Of a stretch of 64,000 nt of DNA, positions 19,462 to 28,818 are shown piece by piece. Every line of letters starts with the position of its first letter. The first letter of the stretch is position 1. The notes under the pieces were generated by a model, which was not told where the DNA came from, ran no database searches, and worked only from the letters and a program-made list of their open reading frames with translations. Position numbers and translations under genes: made by a program. Source of the stretch: a bacterium (lineage in GTDB: Bacteria > UBA8248). The stretch spans positions 2,688,001-2,752,000 of the forward strand of contig OZ244799.1 of assembly GCA_965219955.1 (NCBI GenBank), in the 5' to 3' direction.

Positions 19462-20904
19462 TTGAGCGAACTTCACCACCATTCCTTCAAAGACATGATG
19501 AACGACGTGGTGGACGCGGGCAGTTGCTGCGAGTGCGGCAGCTGCGTCCTCGTCTGCCCGCACAACGTCATCGAATACATCGACGCCAAGCCCAAGCAGA
19601 CGGCCAAGGCGAAGGCCGACTTCGATTTCTGCGGCATCAGCGTGGGGGTGGGCTGCGACGTATGCGCGTCTGTGTGCCCGAGGCTCTGGCCGAGGGAGAA
19701 CCACCTGAAAGACGCCACCTTCGGTGAGACGAGAAGCGAGACGTACGAGGGCATCTTCGGCCCATACCAGCACATCTTCATGGCGAGGACCAAGCGCGAC
19801 GACGTGATGGAGCGCGCCCAGGACGGCGGCATCGTCACGGCGCTGCTCGCTTGGGCGCTCGAGGCGGGCGTCATCGACGGGGCGGTGGTCTCCGCCGTCG
19901 GGGAAGACGACCCGCCGTGCGACCCGAGCCCCAAGGTCGCCACGACGTACGAGGAGATTCGCGCGAGCGCGGGGAGCTGGTACACATACTGCGCGAACAA
20001 CCTGGCGCTCGAAGAGGTGAAAGAAAGGGATTTGAAAAAAGTGGGCTTCGTGGGCGTCCCCTGCCAGATCACCCCGCTTCGCAAGATGGAGCTCATCGAC
20101 CCCGCTTTTCTGGTCTCCCACAAGAAAAGGCCCCAGCACATCGAGAAACAGCGCGGCTTCCTGAGAGGCTTCTCGGAGCGCGTGGCGTTTCAGATCGGCC
20201 TGTTCTGCACGGAGGTGTTCACCTTCGACCTCATGACAGAGAAAATCGAAAAGGACCTCGGCATCCCCCTCACGGACGTGGCGAAATTCAACGTGAAGGG
20301 CGAGGTGCTCGTGCACAAGAAAGACGGGGAACTCGTCACCTTCTCGCTCCAGGAGGCGATGGAAAACTACCAGCGCCCCGAATGCCAGCACTGCGCGGAT
20401 TTCTCCGCCGAACTCGCGGACATCGCCTGCGGCGGCGTGGGAACGCGGGGCTGGACCATCGTGGTCCTGCGCACTGAAAAGGGCAAGGAGATCTGGAGCG
20501 AATTCGAAAAAGAGGGCCTCGTGGAGATCCAGCCGATACAGGAGAACCGGCGGGCCTGGAACATCCTGCACATTCTGGCAAGAAGACAGCGCAACCGCGT
20601 GCCGACGATGGGACCCAGGAGCGGCACGCCGGAGGGCCTCCCCCAATACGACCCCTTCGACGGCGCCGGTTTCGCCGCGCAAAGAATGGTCGACAGCCCC
20701 AAGACGCCCGAGGAACTGGAAGAATGCCTCGACACGGCCTACGGGGAGGAGGCGCGCCCGGAGGGCGTGCGCGGCTTCCTGGCGGGCCAGCCGATACCGG
20801 ACGACCCGGGAGACCCGCCTCCCGGGGAGAAGCGCAAACTTCCCCCGCCCCCGAGCCCGGCCCAGGGCGGCGCGCCGCCGGGCTGGGAGGTCCAAGAGTC
20901 ATAA
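19462..20904 (+). CDS. FrhB/FpoF-family F420-dependent oxidoreductase subunit with N-terminal ferredoxin domain
   Basis: CCECGSCVLVCP, CDVCASVCP, AQDGGIVT, VGVPCQ, IGLFC and C.HC.DF.AE.ADI motifs; TTG start with GGAGA. Confidence 0.85.
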   Translation: MSELHHHSFKDMMNDVVDAGSCCECGSCVLVCPHNVIEYIDAKPKQTAKAKADFDFCGISVGVGCDVCASVCPRLWPRENHLKDATFGETRSETYEGIFGPYQHIFMARTKRDDVMERAQDGGIVTALLAWALEAGVIDGAVVSAVGEDDPPCDPSPKVATTYEEIRASAGSWYTYCANNLALEEVKERDLKKVGFVGVPCQITPLRKMELIDPAFLVSHKKRPQHIEKQRGFLRGFSERVAFQIGLFCTEVFTFDLMTEKIEKDLGIPLTDVAKFNVKGEVLVHKKDGELVTFSLQEAMENYQRPECQHCADFSAELADIACGGVGTRGWTIVVLRTEKGKEIWSEFEKEGLVEIQPIQENRRAWNILHILARRQRNRVPTMGPRSGTPEGLPQYDPFDGAGFAAQRMVDSPKTPEELEECLDTAYGEEARPEGVRGFLAGQPIPDDPGDPPPGEKRKLPPPPSPAQGGAPPGWEVQES

Positions 20905-20905
20905 G

Positions 20906-21541
20906 TTGGATACCCCCGGACTCACAGACAAAAAACCGGCGCTGAGCATTCCTCTCGATGAGGCGCTGCGCAAAAGACGCTCCATCCGGCATTTCACGGC
21001 TAAACCCGTACCGATGGAGATACTGGAAACCGCCCTCGCCGCCGCGTGTCTGGCTCCCAGCCCGCACGGGACGAGTCCCTGGCGGTTTTGCATCCTCGAT
21101 TCCAAAGAGGCGAAGGAGACCCTGGCCGCCGAGATGGGCAAGGATTTTCTGCGCGACATGGAGGCGGAGGGCGTTCCCGAAGAAGAACGAATGCGCAGGC
21201 ACCGGGGGAGCATCCGCCTGCTGACGGGCGCGCCCGCGCTCATCATGGCGGCGCTCTCCTTCGCGGATCTGGACGATTACGAAGAACCCGATAAACAGGC
21301 CAATGAATACATGATGGCCGAACACAGCCTGGGCGGCGCTCTCCAGAACCTGATGCTGGCCTTAGCAGCCCAAGGGGTGGGTTCGGTGTGGCGCTGCGCT
21401 CCCCTGTTCTGTCCCGAAACGGCCAGAGGGGCCCTGGACCTGCCCGCCGACTGGGTGCCCAGGGCGCTCATCGTCGCGGGCTACCCCTCGCAGCAGCCCG
21501 CTCCCAAAGAAACGCCCGAGCCGGTGCTGATCGTCCGATGA
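20906..21541 (+). CDS. Nitroreductase-family protein (FbiB C-terminal domain-like)
   Basis: RRSIRHF, APSPHG.SPWRF, QNLMLAL..QGVGSVW and PLFCPE motifs; located in the F420 operon. Confidence 0.82.
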   Translation: MDTPGLTDKKPALSIPLDEALRKRRSIRHFTAKPVPMEILETALAAACLAPSPHGTSPWRFCILDSKEAKETLAAEMGKDFLRDMEAEGVPEEERMRRHRGSIRLLTGAPALIMAALSFADLDDYEEPDKQANEYMMAEHSLGGALQNLMLALAAQGVGSVWRCAPLFCPETARGALDLPADWVPRALIVAGYPSQQPAPKETPEPVLIVR

Positions 21542-22494
21542 GCTCTTCCGGCCCGGTCGTCGCGCTCGCAGGCGGAGTGGGAGGCGCCAAGCTCGCCGTC
21601 GGCCTCGCCCACGCGCTGCCCGAGGGGGCGCTCACCGTCGTCGTGAACACGGCGGACGACCTGGTGCTGCACGGCCTGCACATCAGCCCCGACATCGACA
21701 CCGTGATGTACAACCTCGCCGGCATGTCGAACCCCGAGACGGGCTGGGGCATCGACGGCGACCGGACAAGCGCGCTCGACCTCCTGGGACGCTACGGGGG
21801 GCCGACCTGGTTCCGGCTGGGCGATCAGGACCTGGCGACCCACATCCGCCGGACCCAGCGCCTCGCCGAGGGCGCGCGCTTAACAGAAGTGACGCGCGAA
21901 CTCGCCGCCTCCTTAGGGCTAAAGGCGAACATCCTGCCCATGACGGATTCATCCATCGCCACGCGCGTGAAGACGCCCGAGGGCGAACTCGAGTTTCAGG
22001 ATTACTTCGTGGCCAGGGGAACGCGGCCGAGCGTATGCGGGGTGCGTTTTCAGGGGGCGGATGAGGCGCGCGCCACGCCGGAGGTCATGCGCGCGTTCGA
22101 TGAGGCGGGCGCCATCGTTTTCTGTCCGTCGAACCCGATCGTGAGTATCGGCCCCATTCTCGCGATCTCGGACATCCACGAACTCCTGCGCAGTGCGTCC
22201 GCGCCGCGCGTGGGGGTGAGCCCTATCATCGGGGGCGCCGCCCTGAGAGGCCCCGCCGCCGAGATGCTCAAGAGCCTGGGGCATGAGGTGTCGGCTCTGG
22301 GCGTCGCCCGGATTCTCGAAGACGTGCTCGACGGGTTCGTCGTGGACGCCGAGGATGAGGCCCTGGTCACGTCCATCGAAGAGCTGGGGCTTCGGAGCAC
22401 CGCGCTGCCCAGCATCATGACCGACGTTGATTCCAAGAAAAAACTCGCGCAGGGCGTTTTGGCGTTCGCCTCATCGGTGCGAAAGATGGCATAA
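21538..22494 (+). CDS. cofD: 2-phospho-L-lactate/EPPG:FO transferase
   Basis: LAGGVGGAKL, NTADD, ISPDIDT, WFRLGD.D and PSNP.VSIGPIL motifs. Confidence 0.95.
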   Translation: MSSSGPVVALAGGVGGAKLAVGLAHALPEGALTVVVNTADDLVLHGLHISPDIDTVMYNLAGMSNPETGWGIDGDRTSALDLLGRYGGPTWFRLGDQDLATHIRRTQRLAEGARLTEVTRELAASLGLKANILPMTDSSIATRVKTPEGELEFQDYFVARGTRPSVCGVRFQGADEARATPEVMRAFDEAGAIVFCPSNPIVSIGPILAISDIHELLRSASAPRVGVSPIIGGAALRGPAAEMLKSLGHEVSALGVARILEDVLDGFVVDAEDEALVTSIEELGLRSTALPSIMTDVDSKKKLAQGVLAFASSVRKMA

Positions 22495-22545
22495 GAGGTT
22501 TCAGGTATACTCGAAAACACGTTTTCTCTTACACCTCCGGGATGG

Positions 22546-23202
22546 ATGATGAGTCTTTCAAGCCATTGCGTCGCCCTGATACCGGTTCGCGATTTCAGGA
22601 CCGGAAAATCGAGGCTCGCGCAGACGCTGGACGAGAACGCCAGAAACGAATTGGGCCGCTGGATGCTCGAGCGCGTCCTGAAGGCCGTCGGCTCTGCTCA
22701 GCGTATCGACGAGATCGCGGTGCTGAGCGATTCCCCGGAAGTCCTGACCCTCGCCGGTGAACACGGCGCGGTCGGTTTGCTCCAGGAATCAGGCGGCCTG
22801 AACCACGATCTGGAAATCGGCCGCGCCTGGGCGAGGGGGAGAAACGCCCGTTCCTTGTTGATCGTCCACGGAGATTTGCCGTTTCTGACGACTGAAGAAG
22901 TGAATGAGCTTCTCCAGGGACTCGAACCATCAAAGAATTCCGGGCGCGAGGTACGCATCGCCCGCTCGAAGGACGGCGGCACGACCGCGCTGCTCACCCG
23001 GCCAATTGACGCGATTCCCTTCTCGTTCGGCGAGCAGAGCTTCGAGAAGCACCGCGCCGCAGCGAGGAGATACGGCTGCGAGGCCCAGTCCTGTGAATCG
23101 TTCGGCTTCGCGCACGACATCGACTCGCCCGAGGACCTCGAATTCCTGCTCTCCCGCGAAAAAGAAGCCCCCGCGTGGCTCGCTTCCGCTCCCATGAGAT
23201 GA
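22546..23202 (+). CDS. cofC: 2-phospho-L-lactate/PEP guanylyltransferase
   Basis: LIPV..F..GKSRL, GDLP, DGGT, SF..H and DID.PEDL motifs. Confidence 0.9.
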   Translation: MMSLSSHCVALIPVRDFRTGKSRLAQTLDENARNELGRWMLERVLKAVGSAQRIDEIAVLSDSPEVLTLAGEHGAVGLLQESGGLNHDLEIGRAWARGRNARSLLIVHGDLPFLTTEEVNELLQGLEPSKNSGREVRIARSKDGGTTALLTRPIDAIPFSFGEQSFEKHRAAARRYGCEAQSCESFGFAHDIDSPEDLEFLLSREKEAPAWLASAPMR

Positions 23203-23960
23203 ACAACGTCGAAATCATCCCCGTCACCGGGTTGCCGGAAATCAAGGAGGGCGACGCGCTCGCGCCCATGATTCTGGAAGCGCTCGAGGCGGGCGGCGTG
23301 GACATCCGGGATCGGGACGTGCTCGTCCTCGCGCAAAAGATCGTCAGCAAGGCCGAAGGCAGGATTCTGGACTTGAGAAATATAGAGCCATCGCGCGATG
23401 CGATCGATATCGCGAACCGCGACGGGCGCGACCCCAGGCTCGTGGAGGCGGTGCTGAGGGAATCGAACGAGATCGTCGTAGCGTCTGAGCGCGCGCTCAT
23501 CGTGGAGCACCACACCGGCGCGGTGTGCGCCCATGCGGGGATAGACCGCTCAAACGTCGGAGGGGATGAAGATCAGGTGCTGCTTCTGCCCCGCGACGCC
23601 GACGCTTCCGCCCGGAAACTCCACGAAGAGATCAAGAGCGCGGCGGGCGCATTCGTTCCCGTCCTCATCGCCGACACGCAGGGACGCGCCTTTCGCCGGG
23701 GCGTCGTCGGCGTGGCGATAGGGTGCGCCGGCCTGGAGCCCCTGGTGGACTTGAGAGGCGAGAAAGACCGCAGCGGCCGCGCGCTCGAAATCACCATCCT
23801 CGCCCATGCGGATGAAATCGCGGCGGCGGCGAGCCTCGTGATGGGACAGGACAAGCAGGGCGTTCCCGCCGTCCTGATTCGCGGGCTCGGGTATCACGAG
23901 GGAGACGCTCCCGCCCGCGCGCTCTACCGCACGAAAGAAGAAGACTTGTTTCGCCCATGA
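23199..23960 (+). CDS. cofE: F420-0:L-glutamate ligase
   Basis: GLPEI..GD, KIVSKAEG, AGIDRSN, DT.GRAFRRG and ADEIAAAA motifs. Confidence 0.95.
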   Translation: MNNVEIIPVTGLPEIKEGDALAPMILEALEAGGVDIRDRDVLVLAQKIVSKAEGRILDLRNIEPSRDAIDIANRDGRDPRLVEAVLRESNEIVVASERALIVEHHTGAVCAHAGIDRSNVGGDEDQVLLLPRDADASARKLHEEIKSAAGAFVPVLIADTQGRAFRRGVVGVAIGCAGLEPLVDLRGEKDRSGRALEITILAHADEIAAAASLVMGQDKQGVPAVLIRGLGYHEGDAPARALYRTKEEDLFRP

Positions 23961-23990
23961 AACCACAACCTTTCATATAAGGATGCGCCC

Positions 23991-24323
23991 ATGGCCATAC
24001 TGCATTGGAACGACGTCGAGGAAAGGCAACTGAACAACATCATCCGGGGCAGAATCGTCAAGACGGACAACGTGATGGCGTGCCGGATCACGGCCAAGAC
24101 CGGAAGCCCCATCAAGACCCACACCCACGAGTTCGACCAGATAACGCACATGATCCGCGGAAAACTGAAGTTCCACTCGGGAGACGAGGAGCATAAAGTC
24201 GTTCAGGCGGGAGACGTCATGATCTTTCCGGCGGGGACTCCCCACGGAGGCGAGGTCCTCGAAGAAGCGGAGTACATCGACATGTTCTCGCCGCCGAACC
24301 CGGATTTCCAGTGGGATAAATAA
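23991..24323 (+). CDS. Cupin domain protein
   Basis: H.HEFDQ and GD...FPAGTPHGG..DMFSPP cupin motifs. Confidence 0.88.
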   Translation: MAILHWNDVEERQLNNIIRGRIVKTDNVMACRITAKTGSPIKTHTHEFDQITHMIRGKLKFHSGDEEHKVVQAGDVMIFPAGTPHGGEVLEEAEYIDMFSPPNPDFQWDK

Positions 24324-24600
24324 TAGACGGGCTGGAATATCTCTCTTAACTGGGAAAATATCGACCGCCCGGCAAGAAGAGTCGGCCCTTCTCATATCGG
24401 GAAAGCCGGTTCTCTAGCTCTTGAATCGCCTGAGATTGGTACTTTTCCCCGGCTCCCGACGGCTCATCCGCTCCAGGGCCAGGCCGGCTTCGAGCACCTC
24501 CTGGTTGAAGCGAAACTCCTCCCAGGAGCAACGCGCCAGCAGGTGCGGGGGGAGGCCATAGGTCTTCGCCTGGAAATGAATGACCGCCAGCAGCTCCTTT

Positions 24601-24993
24601 CTACGCCTGCGGAAACGCGTCGCCTTCCGGCGCGCCCTCCCCGGGGACAGGGGCCGCCGCCTCGTTCTGAAGCGCCGTGACGGCGGTGAAGATGGCGTCG
24701 GCATCCGCCGGGGCGAGTTCATGGATGCTCAGTTCATCCGGCAGGCATCGGCCCGGTTCCTTATCCGTCATCGAGCCGCGCTCGGGAACGAAGCAGCGCC
24801 TCAGGATGCAGTGCACCCACTCCCCGGTAAGCGCGTATTGCTCCTCCTCGCCCGCGGCGCCATTCGAGACGCCCGCGAACAGCTTGGGATACGCCGCCAT
24901 GTCCAGGAGATTCGGCGCGCGCACGAAACCCTTGAGCCCCGAGGGCAGGGTGATGGGCTTGCGGCCATGATTTCTGTATTCCGATATTTCCAC
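24601..24993 (-). CDS. Putative tail assembly chaperone (G-type); probable frameshifted extension to 24414
   Basis: Directly downstream of the tail tube gene; GTG 24993 with GGAGG RBS; an overlapping +1-frame ORF continues to stop 24414. Confidence 0.6.
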   Translation of the reverse strand: MEISEYRNHGRKPITLPSGLKGFVRAPNLLDMAAYPKLFAGVSNGAAGEEEQYALTGEWVHCILRRCFVPERGSMTDKEPGRCLPDELSIHELAPADADAIFTAVTALQNEAAAPVPGEGAPEGDAFPQA

Positions 24994-25059
24994 GATTCCT
25001 CCCGTTCGTTTTCGCTGGATCAAGACTTGACCAGGATGAAGAAGAATCCGCCTTTATTG

Positions 25060-25415
25060 GCGGCTGTTGAAAAACCCCTCGCCGGGGGCTCCGCCTTTAC
25101 CCCCCTGTTAAGGGGGGTAGGGGGGGTTGCCTTGCAGGGCGAGAGCCTGCGCCGCCGCTTAACCCCCCAACCCCCCTTGTCGAGGTTGTTGAAAAAGTCC
25201 TCTCAAGCGGTGGGGGGTACGATGGTTTTGTAGCAGGACAACCCAAAAGGGTTGTCCTGGCCTCCGTGCCTGTCCTGCCCTCCGTGGTTCTCCTTCGTCA
25301 GGACAGGCACGGAGGCCTGTCCCTACGGTAAACAATTCGATGATCGGGATTCCCTCCCTTCCTCGGGAGGGGTTTTTCAACAAACCCTTGTCAGGGAGGC
25401 TTTTTCAACCACCCT
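25060..25415. mobile_element. Nested MITEs between tail tube and tail chaperone genes
   Basis: Outer TIRs 25060-74 and 25401-15 (TSD tattg/tatgg); inner element 25182-25387 with perfect TSD TTGTC. Confidence 0.85.
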
Positions 25416-25426
25416 TATGGCGGAGG

Positions 25427-26566
25427 CTAGGTGAAGACGATGGCAATCTCGTCATCGCCCGCATCGCGGGCCAGGCGGAAGGGGGCGTCGTAGGTCAGCA
25501 AACCGTCGCGATCCGAAAAGCCCATATCCGCATACTGGCATTTGGGCGCGGTGATGGTGCAGATGTTCCCGGCCCTGTGGCCGACCTGCACTTTCAGGGG
25601 GAGCCTCGCGCCGTCTTCCCAATCGGCGAACACGTCGTCGGTGGCCTTGAGCACGGCCTCGGGGTCGAAGGAACCCGAGGGCGCGCGGCCCGTCACCATG
25701 GCGTTCAAGTGCCCGCCCGATATATTGGCGCTTTGGCGCAAGACCACCTCGTTGTTCATGGCGAAGCGGATGTTCGCCGCGTCGAAATGGAAGCCTCCGA
25801 ACGAAAAGCCGCTCATGAGAACGGGTTCGGGCGCCTGCGCGTCGTAGGACGCGCCGTCAGGGAGGGCTGCGTCGCTCACTTCGAAATCGGCCGCCTCGAA
25901 CTCCCAATCCACCGTGGGAACGCCGTCCAGGGGACAGTTGATGGAAAAACTCCCCATGCAGCCCAGATACATGACTTGTAAACCGTCGATGAACGCCGTC
26001 AGGCAGATCCTCGTATAGCCCGATTTATCGGAGACGGGCGCATAGGCGACGGAGGCGTCCTCGACGACGGTTTCCTTCATCGCGCACGCCTTGAACAGCA
26101 ATCCGTAATCCGGCGCGACGCCCGCTGCGCCCGAACCGCGCAACTCGGTGGTAAAGGAGATCTGCGCGGAGCGCTTTCCGGGAATCGAGGGAAATGGCGA
26201 GAGGCTCGCATCCTTCACCGCGCGCTCCAGCTGCTCCACGCTGATCTCGTGGGCGAAGTTGCCCGCCCGGAACAGTTCAGAAGCCCCGGCGGGCCTGTCC
26301 AGCAGATAGGCCGTGCCCGCAGCGGGGGCGGCGTCCCAGGCGTCGTCCACCGTGAGCGTCTCCGAGGCCGCGTCGAAACCGCTCACCTTTCTTCTTTGAC
26401 CGACGCCCATCCCCCGAATCGTGCGCAGCACCGAGCCGTTCCAGAAACCATCATCCTCTGAGAGCGCGGCGTCCACCAGGGTGGAAGCGTCTGCGGAGTC
26501 CGCCGCCAGTTCCTTTTCTTCCGTCGCGCCGATAGTCTGCCGATCCATCAAAATCGTATCGCCCAT
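25427..26566 (-). CDS. Phage major tail tube protein (siphovirus-type)
   Basis: ISFTTELRGSG..G.APDYG.LFKACA, GCMGSFSI, RAPSGSFDPEA and DRDGLLTYD patterns; follows the connector genes. Confidence 0.75.
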   Translation of the reverse strand: MGDTILMDRQTIGATEEKELAADSADASTLVDAALSEDDGFWNGSVLRTIRGMGVGQRRKVSGFDAASETLTVDDAWDAAPAAGTAYLLDRPAGASELFRAGNFAHEISVEQLERAVKDASLSPFPSIPGKRSAQISFTTELRGSGAAGVAPDYGLLFKACAMKETVVEDASVAYAPVSDKSGYTRICLTAFIDGLQVMYLGCMGSFSINCPLDGVPTVDWEFEAADFEVSDAALPDGASYDAQAPEPVLMSGFSFGGFHFDAANIRFAMNNEVVLRQSANISGGHLNAMVTGRAPSGSFDPEAVLKATDDVFADWEDGARLPLKVQVGHRAGNICTITAPKCQYADMGFSDRDGLLTYDAPFRLARDAGDDEIAIVFT

Positions 26567-26638
26567 ACCTGGTTCTCCTCCGTCTGTTTTTAGGGGCGAA
26601 GGCGCATCCTTCGCCGGATATTATTCTCTGCTCCCGAA

Positions 26639-27172
26639 TCAATCCCGCCGAATCCGCTCTATCGCCCGGAGCCTGATCTCGGCGTAATGGCAAAGCACGT
26701 TCCCGAACGTCCTCAGTTCAATCAGGTCCACCTGCGGAGGCTGAAGACGCTCCAGGGAGCGGACGCGCGGGGCGCCTGATTCATCGAGGAGGCGAAGGGC
26801 TTTATCGTCCCGGAAGCGGTCGCAAATCTCCTCGATCAGCTCCTGAAAGGCCGCCTCGCTGCCCGCCGCGTCCTCGGCGCTCATGATGCCGAACAGCAGG
26901 AACGTGTGGGTTCGCCTAGCGATGCCGGCGGGCGTGAAGCCGCCGGACGCATTCGAGCCGAGCGACGCGGCCTCCTCCCCTGCTCTCTCGCGCGTCAGCA
27001 CCCAGCCCCTGATCTGGGCGAGGCCGCCGCCCGCCTCCCACCGGAACAGGTCCAGGTATTTCCCCAGATCGGCCGACCAGCGCTGATAGGCGTGCACCCG
27101 CCCCGCCTCCGGCACGCTCGATATTTCCGCCAAAACGGCGTCGCCGATTTCCCTGTATCGTGATTTAGCCAC
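26639..27172 (-). CDS. Phage tail terminator / head-tail joining-like protein
   Basis: 177 aa, immediately upstream of the tail tube gene; overlaps the preceding gene. Assignment mainly positional. Confidence 0.55.
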   Translation of the reverse strand: MAKSRYREIGDAVLAEISSVPEAGRVHAYQRWSADLGKYLDLFRWEAGGGLAQIRGWVLTRERAGEEAASLGSNASGGFTPAGIARRTHTFLLFGIMSAEDAAGSEAAFQELIEEICDRFRDDKALRLLDESGAPRVRSLERLQPPQVDLIELRTFGNVLCHYAEIRLRAIERIRRD

Positions 27173-27674
27173 CGACTCTCCTCGCTATCTCGTCAAGCAG
27201 TTCACGAATGCGCTTATCGACTCGACCCTGGTTTTCCTCCAAGGCGCGCGCGAACATGCGGCGTCCCGGTATTCCGCGCCGGGCGATCGCGCGGGCGACG
27301 AGGAAGGACACCCTCTCGACAGACTCATCGGGCGGCCCCGGTTTGTAGGCAACCCACCGGTACAGCGGCGTACCCTCCCTCCAGGGCGGCATTCCGCCGC
27401 CCGGCCGGCGTCCGAATTCCACGTACCCGGCGTATGGAACGCGCGAGGCGACCACGCCGCGCAACACGCCTGGGTTCTCTCCCTTGATTTCGGTGTAAAT
27501 ACCGCCCCTGAGGTTCCCGCTCACGCCGGCGGGCGTTCGCGTCATGACCTCGCGCCTGAGCATTCCGGTGATCCCGGCCATCGCCTCGCGCGCGAGGCGG
27601 AAAACCTCCGCTTGCTCCCGCGCGATCGGCGGCGCCTCCACAAGGGTTTCCAGCGTTGTATATCGACGACGCAC
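27165..27674 (-). CDS. HK97 gp10-like tail-completion/neck protein
   Basis: TPAGVSGNLRGGI, YAGYVEFG and AIARRG..GRRMF motifs. Confidence 0.75.
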   Translation of the reverse strand: MRRRYTTLETLVEAPPIAREQAEVFRLAREAMAGITGMLRREVMTRTPAGVSGNLRGGIYTEIKGENPGVLRGVVASRVPYAGYVEFGRRPGGGMPPWREGTPLYRWVAYKPGPPDESVERVSFLVARAIARRGIPGRRMFARALEENQGRVDKRIRELLDEIARRVGG

Positions 27675-27692
27675 CTTGACTCCCCTCCCGGC

Positions 27693-28403
27693 CTAGCGGT
27701 CTTTGGACGCGCCGTGCGTGAAGTACTCGCCGCGCGCCATGGAGAGGAGCGCGTCCCAATCGAGAGACGCGCCCGCCGGACCCGCCACTTCGCCCTCCTT
27801 GCGTCCGAGATGGTTCTGGTATTTGCGCTCGAGTTCCCGGCCCAGGCGCGTGTATTCTCCAGACTTGCTCTGGTAGTCCGCAGAATCCGCGGCGAGGGTC
27901 GGGGTCGAGGACTGGGCGAAGCGGCGGGCCAGGAGGTGACATCCCTCCGCGGCGGCCAGCCACGCCACGGCGGTCAGATCGTTTTCAGGAACGCTCGTGC
28001 GCGCATCGTCGGCCGTGTGCTTTCGCGTATAGAACAGGCGTAGCGTCCGGCCCATTTGAGGGACGAAATACACGAGTCGGAACTTCGCCGCCGGGGTCCC
28101 TTTCGCATAGATGATCCAGGCGCTCCTCCGTAAATAAGAGGGCTTTCTCTCCCCCTGGGGATATTCCACCTCCCGGATGAAGGAGAGGGAATCGTCCCAG
28201 TCTTCGGGCAGGGGAAAATCGAAGGTCTCGCTGTCACCCGCATAATCGGCGAACGAGACGAGCGGCCTGTCCCTGCTGTAGCGCGTGAGCGCGGCGTTAA
28301 CCAGATCGGCGTAGTCCGCCTCCTCGACACCGAACTCCCGGGGCAGCGCGCCCGCCTTCAACAAGACCTTCACTTCCTTGATGATCGTCTGCCTGCCGGC
28401 CAT
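27693..28403 (-). CDS. Phage head-tail adaptor/connector-like protein
   Basis: ATG 28403 with GAGGAG RBS; 236 aa; located between capsid and gp10-like genes. Confidence 0.55.
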   Translation of the reverse strand: MAGRQTIIKEVKVLLKAGALPREFGVEEADYADLVNAALTRYSRDRPLVSFADYAGDSETFDFPLPEDWDDSLSFIREVEYPQGERKPSYLRRSAWIIYAKGTPAAKFRLVYFVPQMGRTLRLFYTRKHTADDARTSVPENDLTAVAWLAAAEGCHLLARRFAQSSTPTLAADSADYQSKSGEYTRLGRELERKYQNHLGRKEGEVAGPAGASLDWDALLSMARGEYFTHGASKDR

Positions 28404-28444
28404 TTCTGCATTTCTCCTCTGTCTTACCGACTGATGCGGCGGCT

Positions 28445-28786
28445 CTAAGTCTTCAGCGTGAGCTTGGCCTCGAACGTGAACGAAGACTCCTCCCCGCCGA
28501 CGGCCCACACAAGCCTGAGCCAGGGGCCGATGTTCGCGAGCTTGACGAGGGTTTTCCCGGTCGAGGTGATTTCCGCGGATTCGGTATGGACGAAAACCGC
28601 TTCATCGTCCGCCGGCCCGGTCTGCACCTCGAAATCGAGCACCGGCGCGACGCCCGAGACCGCCGTCACGTCGATGAACAAGAGCGCCTCGGTGAAGCGG
28701 CTCACCTCGAACGCCGTGCTGCCTCCCTCGGCGACGCGGGCCGCGGGAGGAGCGAGGACTATGGTGTGGGTTCGCCTGTCGGACAT
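28445..28786 (-). CDS. Small all-beta virion protein (head decoration/cement-like)
   Basis: ATG 28786 with GAGGAG RBS; IDVTAVSG..PVLDFEVQ...WLRLVWAVGG..SFTF; directly after the capsid gene. Confidence 0.55.
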   Translation of the reverse strand: MSDRRTHTIVLAPPAARVAEGGSTAFEVSRFTEALLFIDVTAVSGVAPVLDFEVQTGPADDEAVFVHTESAEITSTGKTLVKLANIGPWLRLVWAVGGEESSFTFEAKLTLKT

Positions 28787-28818
28787 GGCTTCTCCTCTGA
28801 AGGGCAAACGCCGCGCGA

